From Rhodosorus marinus CCMP1338 (Eukaryota > Plantae > Rhodophyta), in assembly GCA_029953675.1 (NCBI GenBank), contig JAMWBK010000001.1:1984001-2048000 (forward strand): a stretch of 64,000 nucleotides of DNA. Direction: 5' to 3'. The notes beneath the pieces are model-generated. The model was not told the origin of the DNA. It did no database searches and worked only from the letters and a program-made list of their open reading frames with translations. Shown here piece by piece: positions 58,949 through 64,000 of the stretch. Made by a program: the position numbers and the translations under genes. The first letter of the stretch is position 1. Each line of letters begins with the position of its first letter.

Positions 58949-60095
58949 CTAAATTCCGTGGTAGCGTGGGGGGTGTTGTCCAACGCCGTGCATCTGTTCC
59001 TGTTCATTGCCTCCGCCCCTGCTGTAGGATGGCAACTGTTGAACTCCCCCTATTCCGGCTAAACCCCCAATGCTTCCCCCCATTCCGACACCGGATCCGG
59101 GCATCACTTGCCCTCCGGAACCGGGCATGTTGCTCATGCCGTGCATTCCAGCCCCCACCTGGGCACCCGCCATACCGCCGTAGCCAGAGTGACCTCTCAT
59201 ACCCTGCACTCCGTAATTGTTCATGCCGGGATTTGCTCCGATATTCGATCCTGGCGCTCCTCCCATACTGTAGTTCGCACCTGCCATCATACCGCCTGTC
59301 AAGGGACAGAGTGCGGAGGTGTGTTCAGACCGGATATAATAGAGTCCAAACGTAAGAAGCATGGATAGTGGTACTTCGTCATCGACAAACCTTGTTCCAT
59401 TCCAGCGCCCATATTCCCGTAGCCCGCCATACCTCGGTTCTGCTGGGCCATGCCAGGGCCATTCATCATACCAGTTTGGCCCATCTGCCTTCTGCGAGCA
59501 GCTGCTGCTTGCTGCGACCTCACGGGCATTCCCTTTCCAAAGCGTTCGCTAATCTTCATACGGAACTTGAACCCACAGCTCTTGCAAGAGGCTGCCGCAG
59601 CTGGGTTCTCATGATTGCATGATGGGCAGAGCTGTGACGCAAAATCGGAGCGAGGCAAACATTGGTCAGGCGCTGGAGCAATTCCTAGCAAATCGTGGAT
59701 TCAGGCTGAAACTTAAGCAAACAAGAAGACGTACCTTTCGGCCGCGCTTGCCAGAACGCGTTCCCTTCTCCTTCTTCTGACGAAAGATATCTCCGCATTC
59801 TGGACATTTGGTCAGCGCCGCGGCTATCTCCTTGTTGCACGACCTGCAGGTCTAAACAAACCAGACAAGACAACACCACGTTAGAACCTCACTAGCCTGA
59901 CAAGCCACAAGGAAACAGGTGGCGCAACAATTCCCAGAGCTGCAGAGGAGACGAACATCGTGCATCCAAAATCCATTAACAGACAAAAAATTTACTCACC
60001 TTAATCACCTTGGTGCCAGGAGTCCTCCCCCTCTTCGCCGTCGTCTGCATCGCCGGGTTCACTTGAGCCCGCGATGGATCAACATGCCCTGCCAT
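58949..60095 (-). CDS. Double zinc-ribbon protein with basic KRGR motifs and a Gly/Met/Gln/Asn-rich prion-like C-terminus; 4 exons
   Basis: Spliced product: MAGHVDP...KRGRTPGTKTCRSCNKEIAAALTKCPECGDIFRQKKEKGTRSGKRGRKLCPSCNHENPAAAASCKSCGFKFRMK, then about 150 G/M/Q/N/A/S-rich residues. Confidence 0.8.
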
Positions 60096-63000
60096 GTGCC
60101 CCATCCCATCCTGAAACGCATCCTGATAACCCCTGCGCCTATTCATTTTTCAGTCGCTTCAAAGGAAAAAAAAAAACAACCAAAAACCCACCCCACCAAA
60201 AAAACTTAGCAAGTAAAACCACTAAATCAAGAGACCAACGACGAAATCTCTCATCGCCAGGGTCCTTCTTCCTCCCTCCCTCCCTTCCCAATCCACCCAC
60301 CAAAAAAAAAACAGAACAAACACTAAACACCCAAAACTGACAGCTCCTCCTCGCCCCCCAAACCCCAAAACAAACAAAAAAATCCCCACCAAAAATCTCC
60401 TTCCTCAACAAAACCCAATATATATAATTTTTTCCCTCCCAAATTTCTAGACGTCCTTTTTTCCTTCAATTTTTTTTTTGGTTTCTCTATCAGTACACTA
60501 TATCTCTCCGTCCCTCCCTCCCTCTCTCTCTCTCCCCTTCTCTCTACAACTCACTCCCTCTCCCTCTCCTCTCTCTCTCTCTTACACAGACACACTCTCC
60601 GTCACTCTCCCAGAAAAATACACAGGCTCTCCCTTCCAAAACTCTTCTCCACAATATTACCCCCCACCTCTTCCCTCCCTTCCCCCCAACCCACAGGCTC
60701 CCACAATCTAAACGCTCGCGCTCCGCATGGTCTCGCGCACAAGCACCAATCCATATCAATAAGTCTTAACCCGATCCCCCCCTCCTTTTGAAAGGGCATA
60801 ACATTTCCATTTTCTCTCCTCAATCCGCTTTATACTCACCCTATTAAAAACTAAATCCCAAACCAAAGCGGTCTAAAATATTATTGATTTTAATATTTCA
60901 TAAAACGAATGTGTCTTGGCAGGGGTGCAGAAGATTGAAATGGGATAGGAGGAAAATTCCCAATCCGAATGGAATGGGGGAAGGTTGTGGTTGTTTTTTT
61001 AAACCAATAAACAGTTGATCTGTTCTGTTGACCTATCCAATGAACTGTTTGATGAAAAAAAAAGGAAGATATTGAAAAAAAGTCACATCCCCTTCCCCCC
61101 CCCCTCCCCTTTTACCGTGAGCCGTGGCGATAAATTTTTTTGGGTTCTATGTGCCCCTTACCGCCTCTCGCTAGAATCATTTTTATGTGGAAGTGTTTTT
61201 AACATTTTTGTAATTATTTTTGTTTCCAATATGTTCTACCATTGGCGAAACCCCCCCCCCGGGGGCCCCGCGTCCCTTCCACAACTTTTGAGCGGTTTTT
61301 AATGTTTTTTCATTTTGATCGAAGTTGTTCGGTATCATCCTGAACCCCCTTTCTAGTTTATATTTTTTGATCATTCCCCTCCTAGCAGACTGAAAAACGA
61401 TCTTTTTTGAGATTTTTTGACTAGTAGTATCCGCCAGTAGGGGGAAATTTTTTTCAAATCCTATTTTCTTTGTCTTTTTTAATCAAAAAAGATGTAATAA
61501 TATTAAAATCAAATCCTAGAAACCACCTTCTCCTTCTACCTCAACGCCACCCCCCCCTTGTCCATTTAACCGAAAAACTTTTTCTGTACTAATTCCATGC
61601 CTGAGCATACGGTATGGATTTTAATAGCAAAAAAAGCATTCTAAAATAAATAGCTTTCGTCAAAATTTCCCCCCGTTTATTCTAATCCATTCTTCGGGGG
61701 CCCCAAAACAAGCAGGAAAAATTAGAAAAACGACCAATCTCCTTGTAAACGTTGAAATCGGCAAAAGAAAAACGATATAGGATTTCCCCCCCCAAGGCGT
61801 TGTGTTCTCCATAAGTGAATAGGGGATGGACATATATGGTGAGATTGGTTTTGTTAGTTAGACCTCGCTGGATAATTGTACTCCTCCTGCCCTTGCAATT
61901 TTTTTTCGAATTCTCTGCATATCATCTAATATTATTTAATTATTTAATAACAACGGAAAATTGACGAAACTGTACGTAGGGTAAATTAACTATTCTTCTG
62001 AAAGTATTCAGATAATCCGGTGTTCTCTATGAGTTCAATCGAAATTACTTTGAATTGAAGGCAGTAAATCGTCGAGTTGTATAATGGTAGAATTTTCATT
62101 GCTACCGCCCGCGACGTATAGATCTCTGATAGCGCTGTTTGGAGAAGAAAAGATGCGCCTTTTTGATCAGGAAAACGGGGGCTTAGGACCGTCTAGCAGA
62201 AGAAAAAAAAAGAGACATATAGAACTTGCTCGGTCTTATGGAAGTTCCCCCGCGGCAACCAACCAATGCCAGTTGCTCCAGGGGAAGCTGCGGGAGTGGG
62301 GTACCTCGGGAACGGCGGACTATGGAAGCGTTTTCAGTTCAGATATTCCTGAGCAGGTATTCATACAATGTTGAAAATTGTTTGCAGTGGGGCCGGGACT
62401 TTTCCTGTTCATGAGGCCGCCCAGCACTGCACAGATACTGTGTAGGGAGATGATGGCAGAATACGCTTCGCGGCTAATGTAAAAAATCAGTGGACAAAGC
62501 TCAGTTGTCACTATCCAGAGGACGCTCAGTTTTTTCCTAGTGGTAGAGAGCGTCATTCAAGTGGTCGAATGCTAAGTTCCGTTGCACTAATAAGTTCATG
62601 TCGCGAGACATTGTTCGGGGTGAAACTCGCTGTGTTGAGCCTGCTTCCAGTTTACCTGGAACCCTGGGAACACCTTCCGCGTGATTCGCTTCATGGGAAT
62701 AGACCTCATGTACATCTCCAGACATGACTGGCCCAACCCCTATACCACATACCGCATCTTCCGTTTCTAGGTCGTAGAAGAGCTTGAACCCTCTGAAAGG
62801 TGAGGTCCGCCAGAGCAACCAGTTGACACCGGTGTGGATGGTCTGTAGAATGGCCATGGGAAGGTTGAAAGAGAGCTTTCCTGACCGCCTCAAGCTCATC
62901 CGCCTCTGGAATCGCGTAGAACACGGACGGGAGGAATGGTCATTCCAGCAGATCAGTCGACCTTCCCGACAATCGTTCAGAAGCCAAGGAAACTACATGC

Positions 63001-64000
63001 ACAGAGCCCGCCGTGGCTCCTGGTGCACTGCGGGTGTCGAGCTCTGTGATCAATCCCGGCGAGAAATGGCCGGACGAGTCCATGAAACCCATTCTTCCGT
63101 GTTGCGCAAAAACGTCAGCAAGCAACAAACGAAAAAAAAAAAAAAAGGAGACATGAAGCGCACTCCCAAACCTTCATTTTAATATCCACTTTTCAAGTTT
63201 TTTCACTTCGAATACCCGATTTCCGCTTACAGAGTTGAACGAGCACCATATCCCCATTTACGTCTTCAAGAAGAAAAATATGAAATGAGGATTTCCCTTC
63301 CCACGGGAATATTTCCAGCTTTTCCGTCTTAGATTTACGTTTACAAAAAATTACATCACGAAAACGAAAATCCCCCACGACGTTCCGACCAAAAACGTAA
63401 GAAAAATTGATTTCTAAGCGTTTAATACCGTTTGTTTCATCATAAAAACAATATCAATACCAATCGCGGAACAGTGTCACGTAAATCTCCGAACAAAAAT
63501 TTACGCAAAAAGGGGTTAAACCCTCCCAAAATCCAGGTTTTTTTTGCATGGAATTCTTGTGCCCTAGGCGAGCCTTTCCAGTTTTTCTTCAGTATTTACG
63601 TTTCCGTACTTCAGGACCATAAATTTTTTTTTTCTGGTTGTTTTCCATAGCTGAACATAGGTACTGCGCGGGGCAGTTCGTAGCGAAAGAACCTCTAAAA
63701 TTCGTTCAGGAATGAGGGTTTTATGACTTCAAAACAAATTATTGTCGATTGGTGGACGGTGGGAATCATTATTGCTCTCCGAGAGGTCCGACGAGGGGAG
63801 AGGCGCCTCTTATTATATAACCTCATCGCCTACCGTTTGTTGTTGCACTGCTAGCGACTAGTAATCACACCCTTCGGCGTCTGAAAATATTAGATATTTT
63901 TGGCAGCGTTTTGACGAGTATTGACTCAACGGGTGATTGCCCTACACTCCGTTTTTAGGGTTTTTCTTTGATTTTCTTGACGTTTCTTTTTACGGTTTTT

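Noticed and set aside
1-64000. tRNA, rRNA and spliceosomal snRNA genes
   Set aside because: No T-loop/cloverleaf, rRNA or U1/U2/U6 signatures found by eye; tRNAscan-SE and Infernal would be needed to exclude them.

Overview
Eukaryotic nuclear DNA, most likely from a red alga (Rhodophyta). Evidence: an Lhcr-type chlorophyll a antenna gene, several transit peptides with an early Phe (MAF-, MAAF-, MDLGF-), and many short (about 40-120 nt) GT-AG introns. The species cannot be determined. Because of the introns, the ORF track fragments most genes; I rebuilt the models by hand. About 20 protein genes are supportable: ferlin-like C2 protein (5'-truncated), Mbb1/HCF107-like HAT protein, membrane-anchored UBX protein, VPS50 with a long extra tail, DJ-1/ThiJ, DnaJ-type Zn finger with a DUF2389 insert, NSE4, RPC6, gamma-carbonic-anhydrase-like protein, TUP1-like corepressor, PPR protein, Bacteroidetes-type PurM, anthranilate synthase alpha, Lhcr, SDR, CYP26-2-like cyclophilin, a low-complexity protein, a prenylcysteine-methylesterase-like hydrolase, CtIP/Sae2, and a double zinc-ribbon protein with a prion-like tail. 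No rRNA, tRNA, CRISPR array or intact transposon was seen, and I found no multi-gene novel system. The most interesting signals are the intron-bearing Bacteroidetes-type purM, three unusual domain architectures (TM-3xVBM-UBX; split DnaJ Zn finger carrying DUF2389; ferlin with a membrane hairpin), a perfect 33-bp inverted repeat, and a 47-bp repeat family found in two divergent intergenic regions. Family assignments rest on recalled motifs, not database searches.
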